A stretch of DNA of 62,938 nt, filler included, from Craspedostauros australis (Eukaryota), in the NCBI GenBank assembly GCA_030167865.1. It is 13 parts of 13 records of this genome, joined end to end, with 100 filler letters (N's around TTAATTAATTAA, not from the genome) between each part and the next. Parts side by side here need not be neighbours in the genome. Positions count along the whole stretch, not along the records: positions 1 to 4,324 come from JALAGF010006575.1; positions 4,425 to 7,607 come from JALAGF010006576.1; positions 7,708 to 19,576 come from JALAGF010006577.1; 10 more parts are not named here. One strand, 5' to 3'. Each line of letters begins with the position of its first letter. Position 1 is the stretch's first letter. The notes below the pieces were generated by a model. It was not told the DNA's origin and did not search any database. It worked only from the letters and a program-made list of their open reading frames with translations. The position numbers and the translations under genes were made by a program. Below are positions 1-10,989 of this stretch, piece by piece.

Positions 1-1
1 G

Positions 2-313
2 GACTCTTCAGGACGCAGCCGACCTTCCCATGACCGCGGAGGTCAGCCCATCGACTACACGCCTCCAAAGCAGGGCGAGGCACATGAGCGCACCACCCAC
101 GGCAAGACTGAATACTGGTGTGACCACGAAACCTGCAAACGATGGGGCAACCATCCAACCGACGGACACGACGACTTCGTCTCTCGCCAACGCAACCGTC
201 GCGGCCGAGGTAGAAAGGGATCCTCAAACAACGCCAACAAGCAAGCGGAACCAAAAGGGAACGACGACGAAACTCGCAAGCTTTTGAGATTCTCTGAACA
301 AGAGGGTTTTTAA
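2..313 (+). CDS. gag: Gag C-terminus with Cys/His knuckle-like motif (5'-partial; not in the ORF track)
   Basis: Frame 2 is open from 2 to TAA at 311-313: ...YWCDHETCKRWGNHPTDGH...RRGRGRKG...SEQEGF*. Confidence 0.8.
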   Translation, partial: DSSGRSRPSHDRGGQPIDYTPPKQGEAHERTTHGKTEYWCDHETCKRWGNHPTDGHDDFVSRQRNRRGRGRKGSSNNANKQAEPKGNDDETRKLLRFSEQEGF

Positions 314-3300
314 AGGCAGCTTTCATTGTCGTAAGTCCGATCCTGCTATTCCCATCTCTCCTCTGGCACCTGCTCGCATCCACATTCACAGCATACGTCC
401 TGGCATTATCCGCCAACTGTCACCAAACCTTCAACCACGTCAACATCATGCGCGGACGCAAGAACTACCGAGTCTGCCGCTCCAGAGCACCACCGACCAT
501 ATTCGCCTCTACGCAACGTATGAGGATGGGCTTCTGGAGTCGTCTCTTCCTTCTATCCGCTGTGATGATCCCATCGACGACACTATTCTTCCTTTCAACA
601 CTCACTACCGATCGCTGGAAACACCAACAACGGATTTACAACAAACACCAGCCTCTCGACTACGATCAACTGCTCTTTGGCGATGGATGGAACGACGAGC
701 ACGCACGCAAGAACGACCCGCTACCAGCTCGCTTCCTTCATCTCTCCGGATTCCATGATGAGTTTGACTCATTCATGATGAACCGACGCATTGTCGCAGA
801 TGCCCAACAACGCGCAATGTCTCTACCTCCGTCTCAACCAAAGCACTGCTTTTCGATCACTCCATCCTTCTTCACCCTTCAGTCAGATAAGCTTCGAACA
901 CAGGTGCAAGCCGTCTCCTATCTGGCCTCCACTGCCTATGAAGCATCCAAAGCACCGAACTTCATGGACGTTCTCGTCTCCCGTCACTACCATACTCCCG
1001 GTCTCACCAACAAACGCGCCATGTGTCCCATCATCCTTGACACGGGGTGCTCATTCTCCATGACATATCGAAAGGAGGACTTCACAACGGGACCACATCT
1101 CGGTAACTTCGGGGACATCCAAACAGCAAGCGGCAAACTTCAAATCTCTGGCATAGGCACCGTCCAATGGCAAGTGCTATCCCTGAATGGAAACATCGCA
1201 CCTGTCCGAACCAGAGCCCATTACGTGGAGGAAGCACACATCCGCCTCTTCTCTCCACAAGCCTACGCTCAATACCACAGCATCAAGACCGATCGCCAAC
1301 CCTATTACGGAGACACGGAATCCTTCTCATTCGAGTTGGAGGATGGCAGCGTAATGAACTGTCCTATCCATCCATTCACGAATATTCCGACCGCATTGGC
1401 GCGCGATCCTCAACACCAACTCGCAGACAAACCGGATGCAATACCCTGCCGATGCAAGTCCAACGCTTGTTTTGAGTGCCAAATCACCCACGCTCTTCCA
1501 TCCGTCCTGTCACCTGCAAACGAGAACCTCACCGCAAATCAGAAACAGCTGCTACTGGATCATCAACGCTTCGGACATCTCGGAATGGATCATGTGAAAC
1601 AACTTTACCGACTTACACGCAGAGTAAGACGTCTCTCCGGACCTGCGCAAAGATGGATTGAGACCCCTTGCCTTCCAGGGCGAGGAAAGGGACCTGCCAA
1701 CTGCATNAACCCACTCTGCCAAGCCTGCGCCATCGCAACGGCCAAGCGTCGACCAATACCTACAAGAACCTCACATCCATCCGAAGACCAACGTCCAATT
1801 GCTCCAAACGCAACCAAACCAGGCCACCTCGTCTCTGTGGATCACTACCACGTTGCAGTGAAAGGACGCCTCGAACACACCAAAGGGCGCGAACCCGTAT
1901 CCAGCAAATATGTTGGCGGAACCATTTTCTATGACCACTACAGCGGGTTCATCCATACCTTCCATCAGGCATCTCTCGGCGCACACGATACCATCCAAGC
2001 CAAGAACGACNNNNNNNNNNNNNNNNNNNNNNNNNNNNNNNNNNNNNNNNNNNNNNNNNNCTTCCATCAGGCATCTCTCGGCGCACACGATACCATCCAA
2101 GCCAAGAACGACTTCGAGTACATTGCCAGCCAGAGCAACGTGTCTATCAAGATGTACCATACGGACCAAGGGTCTCTCTCCTCCCGCGCCTTCCGCGAAT
2201 CGTTGACTGCCAATCAAAGCATCCGGTTTGCGTCGCAAGGAGCGCACCATCAAAATGGAGCTGCAGAGGTCGCTATCCGAGTCATCATGAACAGGGCGAG
2301 AGCAATGCTCATTCACGTCAGCCTCCACTGGCCCGATCAATTCGATGTCGAGCTTTGGCCACTCGCAGTCACCTATGCCACCTGGACATACAACCACATT
2401 CCGCAGCGAAACTCCAACAGCTCTCCCATGGCGAAGTTCACGGGATCTGATGACAGCTGTGTGATGCTCCAGCGATCGCGCGTATGGGGTTGCCCAGCAT
2501 ATGTCCTGCACAAGAATCTTCAAGACAAGAACAAGATCCCAAAATGGGAAGCAAGAGCTCGGATGGGCCAATTCCTTGGCTTCAACCGCGAGTTCTCCTC
2601 AACCGTCGCATCCATCCTCAATCCTCGTACCGGCCACATCAGCAGCCAATATCACTGCGCCTTCGACGAACGCTTTTCTACCATCGCAACAACCGACGAC
2701 GGAGAAGATAACATCGACCCCAACTGGCATGACATCATCCGTTTCGAAAGCGATAACTACGCCGAAGACCACGACGAAGAAATCGACGGACCTCTGCCAG
2801 ACGGAGATCCCGAATTCATGACCGACAAAGAACGAGAAGAATGGAATCGCCAGCATCGCCCCGAACCACGCATGCCTCCGCTCATTCATCCGCCGGCAAC
2901 AATCATCGGAAATGACGACGACGGATTCGTCCCTCGAACATCACCCGATACAAGCATCCATGATCTACCGCCTGGCACTGAAGTGGACAGCGGCGACGAG
3001 GACGACAACGCTGGCATACCACCACCAGATCCTTCCCTTGATGATGAAAACAACACTGGCATGCCACAGCCAGAGCCACCAACGGTCGAAGACAACTCTC
3101 CAGTCAGGCGATCTCGATCCGGACGACGCATTCGCAGACCCGCTCGCTACCGCCAGAACGAAGCAACCTCTTGCAACACCGTCTTTCATCGCATTCATGC
3201 TCTCTGCCGCGGGCGCGGACCTCGACCACAGACATCACCACTCTTCTTCCAAAACCNNNNNNNNNNNNNNNNNNNNNNNNNNNNNNNNNNNNNNNNNNNN

Positions 3301-4324
3301 NNNNNNCATACCACCACCAGATCCTTCCCTTGATGATGACAACAACACTGGCATGCCACAGCCAGAGCCACCAACGGTCGAAGACAACTCGCCAGTCAGA
3401 CGATCTCGATCCGGACGACGCATTCGCAGACCCGCTCGCTACCGCCAGAACGAAGCAACCTCTCGCAACACCGTCTTTCATCGCATTCATGCTCTCTGCC
3501 GCGGGCGCGGACCTCGACCACAGACATCACCACTCTTCTTCCAAAACCTCAATTGGGACATCAACGACAACTNCGACATCCCAAGCCGTTACCAGATCCT
3601 ACTGGAAGCGTCTACCAGTCCGACTCTCAACGAAATCTACGATATGGACCCTCTCATTCTCCAAGCCAAAGCGCACGACGACGATCATCCATCCCTTGCC
3701 GACGTCCTGAACTGCCCTGACCTAAACGAACGAGTCACATGGCGAAAAGCAATGAATGCTGAAATCGAACAGCTTCTTGACAAGAAGACATTCCGCGTGG
3801 TTCCTCGGTCAATGGCAATCAACCACGAAATCATCCCTTCAACCTGGGTGTTTCGTCGCAAGAGATTCCCAGATGGATCCATTATGAAGCTCAAAGCTCG
3901 TCTCTGCGTACGAGGAGACCAACAGCAACGAACAGGGCGAGACAGAAACGAAACATTTGCTCCCGTTGTTGAATGGAGTTCCATACGTCTGATATTCGCA
4001 CTGATGATCGAACATGGACTGCACACTCAATCAATTGATTTCAAAAACGCATTTGTTCAATCTCATCTGCCTGCTCCCATCTACATGCTTCCTCCTCCTG
4101 GACCGATTCCTATCAACAATCCAAACATTCCAGAGAAGGACCGCCCGATCCTACAAGTCAACAAGAGTCTTTATGGCGACCGAAGAGCACCACGCCTGTG
4201 GTACGAACATCTTCGCGACGCCCTCATCAGCAACAAATTTGGATTCAGAATGGCCGAGCAAGATCCCTGTCTGTTCCTCAAGAGCAACATCATCATTTGC
4301 GTCTACGTGGATGATGCAATCCTC
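304..4324 (+). CDS. pol: Pol polyprotein (PR-IN-RT), probably entered by -1 frameshift at 304-310
   Basis: The frame of ORF 448..3333 is open back to TGA at 295-297. RT continues after the gap in ORF 2912..4372. Confidence 0.85.
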
Positions 4325-4424
4325 NNNNNNNNNNNNNNNNNNNNNNNNNNNNNNNNNNNNNNNNNNNNTTAATTAATTAANNNNNNNNNNNNNNNNNNNN
4401 NNNNNNNNNNNNNNNNNNNNNNNN
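4325..4424. other. Artificial scaffold-joining spacer N44-TTAATTAATTAA-N44 (first of 12)
   Basis: Identical all-frame-stop 12-mer inside N-runs at 4369, 7652, 19621, 22459, 27733, 34801, 37663, 41538, 46302, 50061, 54674 and 57753; sequence content changes abruptly across each. Confidence 0.98.
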
Positions 4425-4702
4425 GGTGGGTTGTGCTGTGACGCGACACTCGTAGCGCATCCGGGGCCCTGGCCGCCGGCTTACTCTCCGCAGTATCACT
4501 CTCCAGTTCGGTATTCTCCCGATCCTTGATACGAATGCTGACTCCCGATTGACGGCGTGTGACAGCCGCCGGTGGTTGTCAGGTACTGTTGTCACACGGT
4601 CCGTACTTCTTGACACGATNNNNNNNNNNNNNNNNNNNNNNNNNNNNNNNNNNNNNNNNNNNNNNNNNNNNNNNNNNNNNNNNNNNNNNNNNNNNNNNNN
4701 NN

Positions 4703-5958
4703 GCGCGTTTGAGCGCAGCCTCACCCATGAGCTCTCCGGTGCTGCGGAAGTGGCGTGAAGACTCCACCACGAGCACTTGTGCTGCGGATGGAAGACTGCG
4801 GAACACCACGTCCGGCAGGCGGTAATGGGAGGACTTCTTGCGGTCGCTGGATGCCTTGTCGAATGATCACTTGCGGTCGGGACGACTGTCCTTCTGGTGC
4901 ATGCGTCGGCTGCGTCCTGGGGACTTGTCGAGGTCGGCGTTGGCGAGGATCTTGTCATGGCGCATGCGCGTCTCGCGGACCCAGGAGAAGGACTCCTTGG
5001 TCTGCTGTAGGCTTGTGATCACGCTGGCAAATCGCTCGTCGCGGATGCTGCGGAAAAACCTTGCGATCTTCTCCTGATCGTTCATTGGCTTGCCATTGTC
5101 CTCGATTGCATGGAGGGACATCGAAAAGTCATTGACGAAAGTCCCAAAGGAACCGTTGCCAGAGTATATGAGCTTGGAGAGTCTTTCCTCCTCCTCTGCC
5201 ACGATGCCGGCCTGATTCTTGGCGGACTCGTAGATGCGAATGAGAGATTGGAAGGCGGCGTGGCCGCTGGGTTCCTCTGCTGTGACAATGTACTGCGCGT
5301 CTCCCTTGCAGGTTTTGGAGCGGAGCACTGCGTAGAACTGAGCGTCCACTGATGCGCGGTAGTGTGGTGGTTTCTCTTGCAGCATGTAGTCCGCAAACTT
5401 GGAGGTGACCAACTGCCGCATGAAGTCTGTCTTCCATTGGTACCACTCAATGTTGAGACCACTGAATGTCTCTGCCTCCGGCATGGTGATCTTATCGTAT
5501 TTCCATCCGGTTGGCGTCGATGGTGATTGACTAAGTTCCTGCTGGCGCCGTGGCGAATGTACCACGACCTCATGGCTTGCAGCCTCAGTGAGTTCGCGGC
5601 TTGCTGCCTTCATATCCGCCTCCAATTGGAGCTGGATGGCTTTGAGCACGACGGGAGTCTTGATGGAGGGCACTGTGTACCCAGAGGACTTGATGAACTT
5701 GTCAATTGCATCCCAGTTGGTAGCTTGATCAACCTGGCGCTCCTTGGCGAAGGCAAAGATGCGGAGGATGTTCTCAATGTTGATTGAGGTGAGTGTTGGC
5801 GAAAGAGACAGCACCTGGATGATGTTCTTCTCCAGACTCTGGATGGTGCGTTCGATCCTGCCAAGCTTCTTGCGGATGAACTCCATGTCATCGTCTTCGA
5901 GCTCAACAAGCTCCTTGATGACGGTCGTCCAGGTACGGTTGTTGATTGGTCTTGCCAT
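4703..5958 (-). CDS. gag: Copia Gag, interrupted by an in-frame TGA at 4867-4869
   Basis: ATG at 5958 (MARPINN). The same frame stays open past the TGA (SFDKASSDRKKSSHYRLPDVVFRSL...) to the N-gap. Confidence 0.75.
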
Positions 5959-6655
5959 GGTGGTTGGTATTGTAACGTGATAANNNNNNNNNNNNNNNNN
6001 NNNNNNNNNNNNNNNNNNNNNNNNNNNNNNNNNCTTGCAGCATGTAGTCCGCGAATTTGGAGGTGACCAGCTGCCGCATGAAGTCCGTCTTCCATTGGTA
6101 CCACTCAATGTTGAGACCACTGAATGTCTCAGCCTCCGGCATGGTGATCTTATCGTATTTCCATCCAGTTGGCGTCGATGGTGATCGACTAAGTTCCTGC
6201 TGGCGCCGTGGCGAATGTACCACGACCTCACAGCTTGCAGCCTCAGTGAGTTTGCGGCTTGCTGCCTTCATATCCGCCTCCAATTGGAGCTGGATGGCTT
6301 TGAGCGCGACGGGAGTCTTGATGGAGGGCACTGTGTACCCAGAGGACTTGATGAACTTGTTGATTGCGTCCCAGTCGGTAGCTTGATCAACCTGGCGCTC
6401 CTTGGCGAAGGCAAAGATGTGGAGGATGTTCTCAATGTTGATTGAGGTGAGTGTTGGCGANNNNNNNNNNNNNNNNNNNNNNNNNNNNNNNNNNNNNNNN
6501 NNNNNNNNNNNNNNNNNNNNNNNNNNNNNNNNNNNNNNNNNNNNNNNNNNNNAGCTCCTTGATGACGGTCGTCCAGGTACGGTTGTTGATTGGTCTTGCC
6601 ATGGTGGTTGGTATTGTAACGTGATAAGCTTGATGGTAGATCACGACTCTTAATC

Positions 6656-7089
6656 TGTCAAAGTGCACAAGTAACTACTGTAGACGTATTGGCCCGTTGT
6701 TGCGTGCCCTGGTCGGAGCTCTTGTTCTTTATTTGTGAGTTGTCCGAAGACAAACCCCCGACCAGTATTTGTGACTAATATGATTAGTAAAGAGGTAAGA
6801 AGGTACAGAGAAAGTTGTCAGTCGCCATCGTCGCCATCGCCGAACTCTTGCATGAAATTTGTGGCCACGTTGCCAAGATTGTATGCAGGATTGGTTCGTC
6901 TGACCGTCTGTCCAAACCGTAGACCGTGTAAAAAGACATGAAGTTTCCGCGTGTTCGGTTTCGTCCGATGGTATCGACTCAGTTTGAGGTACTCAAGGTA
7001 TCTGAATTGGTTACCTTACGTTTGGTATATGTATCCAATTTTGGTCTGATGTTGTCTCGGATCCACGATTACGCAAATCGTGTGCGACA
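6656..7089 (-). repeat. Candidate 5' LTR, about 434 bp
   Basis: The minus strand starts TGTCGC and ends TTTGACA (TGTC/GACA inverted ends), contains AATAAA near 6728-6733, and abuts the PBS at 6642-6655. The 5' boundary is inferred; no second LTR is available for comparison. Confidence 0.6.
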
Positions 7090-7322
7090 GAAGTTCCCCC
7101 GTTGGCTTCACACACACCACAATCGTCGCTATCATCATTATCAACAGCATCAACATCACCAACAACAGCGAGAGACTCGGAAAGGACTGATGAATCTGAC
7201 TGCAAGGCCACTCATTCTGGTCACCACNNNNNNNNNNNNNNNNNNNNNNNNNNNNNNNNNNNNNNNNNNNNNNNNNNNNNNNNNNNNNNNNNNNNNNNNN
7301 NNNNNNNNNNNNNNNNNNNNNN

Positions 7323-7607
7323 CCAAACCATTCCATGGCCTGACTGCGCAGCAGCAGAGAAGAGAAGGGCGGCACTCTGCTGGATCCGCGATATTCAACA
7401 TCAAAGACGCGGATGGTGGCAGCGACGAAGATGATGGTTGGGGCAGCTCCGACACATCGTCAACGAATGACAAGCTACCGACAGCTTCCAGCGATGCGTC
7501 GAAGCTCCGCAACGAGCTGCAGTGGCTGCAGAGGGAGCGCTCATCAGGCGGCGAGGAAGGGATGAGCTCATCCAAAACTGACCGCGATCTCTTCATTCCC
7601 ATCTTTG
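7323..7607 (+). CDS. Partial host gene, hypothetical protein
   Basis: Open frame ending ...SKTDRDLFIPIF at the scaffold end; no TE motifs. Confidence 0.35.
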
Positions 7608-7859
7608 NNNNNNNNNNNNNNNNNNNNNNNNNNNNNNNNNNNNNNNNNNNNTTAATTAATTAANNNNNNNNNNNNNNNNNNNNNNNNNNNNNNNNNNNNN
7701 NNNNNNNGTAGCGATGTTGTGACAGCTTCAGTGTCGTGTTGATTCCTCATGTTGTGGACGATTGGGCTCTGTTGTGCGTTTCCTCCCTTGTACGTGTTGT
7801 GTCAAGTAGCACAGGGTTGTTTTTGGCATCCCTACACATTCACGTCTACATTCACGGCA

Positions 7860-8762
7860 ACAGCAGCAGCAGCTTCGCCAGATCGACTGGCGTACATACA
7901 AGATGGCGCGACAATCCAAGATGAACCGTGGGTCCACGCGTTTCATCTCCAAGTGGGCCTCGGGCTTTGTGGGCGTCAACCACAAACTTCATCAGACAGG
8001 CCAGCTGCAGTCGCCGAAATGCAAGTTCTGTGCCAGCAACGAGACCACTCAACACGTTCTCCGTTGCCCAGAGCATCAGGAAGCATGGGATGGGGCCACT
8101 TCTGGCCTAATCGATCGCATGGTTCAGATCGGGACCGTCCCAAGGCTGGTTCAGCGCATGCGGGTCGGTCTTGTGAGATGGAGAAGGAATGCACGATCCA
8201 ACGATGTGCAAAGCAACATCGGGTGGTACCCCCTCACAATGGGGTTTATCCACAAGGACTGGGCTCTCCATCAGGCCCACTGGATGATGACGCATGAGTG
8301 TCATTACCCAGATGCCAATGCTTGGGCCCGAGAGATCGCACGATGGATTTGGAGAATCCCTTGGGAGGTATGGCTGGCGCGAATGCCAAAGTGCATGACA
8401 AAGAGATGCGCCCCTCGGTCCAGGACCTGCGACGCAAGGTCCGCCGAATGATCCAGGGTGCGAGTCAGGATATGACCGAAGCGGAGATGCGTTTGTTCCG
8501 GGAGGGCTGACATATCGAACACAGCACCGAGGTTCAAATGCAACAGTGGGTGAACTCTATGATCGCCGTTCACACGGCGGTGAGAGCGCGGCGACGATCG
8601 CGGTCGATGCATGCCGAGAGGCGGGCGTTGGCGGCTTGGTTGGGGCTTTCATAGCAGACGACACATGCCAGCTCGCTCAAAGCACGGCCCTACGGGGCTT
8701 TCGGCGGCGAGGGTAAAGCCTTATGGCACATTTCTAATGTAATCCTTGAGTTATTATTATTC
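7860..8762 (+). mobile_element. 5'-truncated, degenerate non-LTR retrotransposon (Ambal-like) 3' end
   Basis: LINE ORF2 C-terminal pattern IDW...KW..G...CKFC....ETTQHVLRC...QSNIGW...W..Q...W..W..R(N)..H, with a frameshift near 8380; followed by a 3'UTR and short (TTA)n at 8751-8761. Confidence 0.75.
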
Positions 8763-9106
8763 ATGGCAACAGCAACACTTGCGAATACTCCACAGCACAA
8801 TATAATACAATGGAGCACAGTGACTCATCCTATGGTATAAACATATTCTATACTCTCCACAACATAATAGGATGAACTTGATGCTTATCTTAGCAATCCG
8901 CAAGTGATGACAAGATAACCCTGAATGGGGTCACAAGGAAAGTGGTCATGGAGAGAAATGGTGATGCATGGAAGGAATCAATGGATTGGCGGGCACTGAT
9001 TTAGTCTTGGGGGCAGATTTGGATACGGGACTGATGGTCGTGACTTGAAATCGGGGTGAACGAGGCTGGCGGGTTATGAAATTATGACCCTTACAACCAC
9101 CTCCAC

Positions 9107-10715
9107 TGCGACAGACTCGAAAATAATAATTTAGCCACGAAGTCGACACATCAACCATTTCCCTGTTGGACAGCGTAGAGTACTCTAGTTCATGATGTTG
9201 TTGATGAATGCTGTTGAGCAGAGGGTCAGACCTGCTATATTGCATACTGACATCAGCCATTGGCATGTCCCTACCTTGAACATTCTACATCCAACTGGAA
9301 GGAGATTCAGATCACATGTAGTCAGTTCCTGTGATACCATTCGGTCGCTGTGTGTATTGTGTTGGTTATATGTGCATACAAAGGGTCAAGCATCCTTGAT
9401 TCTACCAACCGCATCACTCCAAGCACACTCCAAAGGGTACGGCCACGAAGTTTGAGGTCTATAATCTGTCTGGAAGGTACTCATATCGATGGATCTGGAT
9501 ATCATGTGATCCTGTGTGTGGCAGTACTGTGAGCAACGCATCAAACTGTATAGTAACTCGACCATTTGTGCAGGTAAAATTTCAGTTGCGATCCAATCCA
9601 ACACTACCACCACTCCAAGCACACTCCAAAGAGTACGGCTATGGAATTTGAAGTCTAGACTCTGGTTGGAAAGGATCGAAATCTACGGATGCAGATATCG
9701 AATAGAAATGACTGACGTTGTTACATGGGGCTCACCTGCACGCATGCCAATACCCCTTTCTGACGGATCTAACACTTCAAACTCCATAACCGTACTCTTT
9801 GGAGTGTGCTTGGAGTGATGGTAGTGTTGGACTGGATCGAAACTGACATTTTACATGCACAGATGGTCGAGTTACTGTGCAGTTTGATGCGTAGCTCGCA
9901 GTATCGCCCTCACAGCATCACATATCATCCTGATCCGTAGATGTCGATCCTTTCCACATGGATCTATCACTTCAACCTCTATATCCGTAACCTTTGGAGG
10001 AGGTTCGGAGTCATCGAAGTGTTGGATTGGAATATGATTGACATTTTGTCTGCACACATGCTCAGAACGCTGTACAGCGCGATGCGTACCATTCCGTACT
10101 ACTTGGTATCAGCATCCGTAGAATTGGATCCCTTCTAAACAGATCTAGGACTTCAAAATCGATTACCGTACTCTTTGGAGTGCGCTTGGAGTTGTCCAGT
10201 TGATTGGATCTCTGAAAATGGCCTGTGNAATACATCGATATGCATAATACTGCACAAGGCGATGCATACNGTGCAGTCTNNTCCGACGCAGTACTNNGTG
10301 GTATCAGCATCCNTAGATTTCGATAACTTCCAGANGGCTCTAACACTGCAGGCTCCATGGCCGTACTCTTGGGAGTGTGCTTGGAGTGGTGCGGTTGGTA
10401 TCATCAAATATGCTTGACCTTTTGTATGCACAGTACACACAGTGACTGAACGGTATCGCAGGATTGGACTACATGTAATCTGAAACTCCTCTCAGTTGGG
10501 TCTGGACCATCCCAAAGTAGGTACATGCCAATGGCTGATGTCAGTATGCAATATAGTTGGTTGAACCCTCTACTCGTATTCCACAGAACAGGATTCGTCA
10601 CCAACATTATTAACTTGTCTCGTCTACTCTAATCTACTCTACTCTACTCTACTCTACTGGGAAACGGTTGACGTGTGTATTTCGCAGCTAAATTAATATT
10701 TTCGTCGTTGTCGCA
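9107..10715. repeat. Non-coding foldback (long imperfect inverted repeat) built from about 195-bp tandem modules
   Basis: The left end TGCGACAGACTCGAAAAATAATAATTTAGC aligns to the reverse complement of the right end (...GCTAAATTAATATTTTCGTCGTTGTCGCA). The module core ACTCCAAGCACACTCCAAAG(A/G)GTACGG occurs at ~9417 and ~9613, and inverted at ~9790, ~9985 (degenerate), ~10166 and ~10361. (TACTC)n at ~10624-10658. Confidence 0.9.
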
Positions 10716-10989
10716 AGAACGCGCCTGTCAACAGTCCGGCCATTGTGATTGGTCAGGCACCAAAACGACCTGGTTAGTGGACTTTGGCATCCAAAACGAC
10801 CTGGTTAGTGAATTTGCTCAATATGTTTTGCATTCGAATGATAGTTTTGCTTTCATCCGACGGTCGCCAATGCTGGAGGATGCTGTGGAATGCAGATGAA
10901 GCGGCTGGCGGGGGCAAGCCATGAAGCTGGTTCAAAGAGCAACCGCGTGCGCGTCTTTGATCTTCCTTCTCCAAGATCGCGGTTCACAA

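Larger units (their letters stand above)
1..4324 (+). mobile_element. Ty1/copia LTR retrotransposon (CoDi-type), internal fragment: gag 3' end, protease, GAG-pre-integrase, integrase, RT (truncated)
   Basis: Domain order PR (IILDTGCS) - HHCC (DHQRFGH...CQAC) - IN (VSVDH, YHTDQG, QNGAAE) - RT (KLKARLCVRGD, NKSLYG, VYVDD); IN before RT is diagnostic of copia. Duplicated contig ends around the N-gaps at 2011-2060 and 3257-3306. Confidence 0.95.
4425..7089 (-). mobile_element. Ty1/copia LTR retrotransposon 5' part (5' LTR, PBS, gag)
   Basis: Gag-like ORF (FSGLNIEWYQWKTDF...SGHAAFQSLIRIYE...FGTFVNDF) preceded by a half-tRNA-type PBS and a TG...CA-bounded LTR. The gag 5' part occurs again, slightly diverged, at 6034-6625. 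Confidence 0.8.

Noticed and set aside
4867..4869. TGA reassignment or selenocysteine use
   Set aside because: Intact genes in the window end in TGA, and the interrupted cyclophilin also carries other lesions; mutation is the simpler explanation.
6634..6655. tRNA-Lys gene
   Set aside because: Only part of the anticodon arm is present, with no acceptor stem or T-arm; it is better explained as a PBS.
7090..7100. Polypurine tract (minus-strand GGGGGAACTTC) before the LTR, implying tandem elements
   Set aside because: It is not directly adjacent purines, and the upstream sequence shows no RNase H or pol coding; probably flanking DNA.
9400..10400. CRISPR-like array (recurring ~27-bp core)
   Set aside because: The intervening sequences are homologous to each other, the period is about 195 bp, orientation flips midway, and there are no cas genes; the context is eukaryotic.
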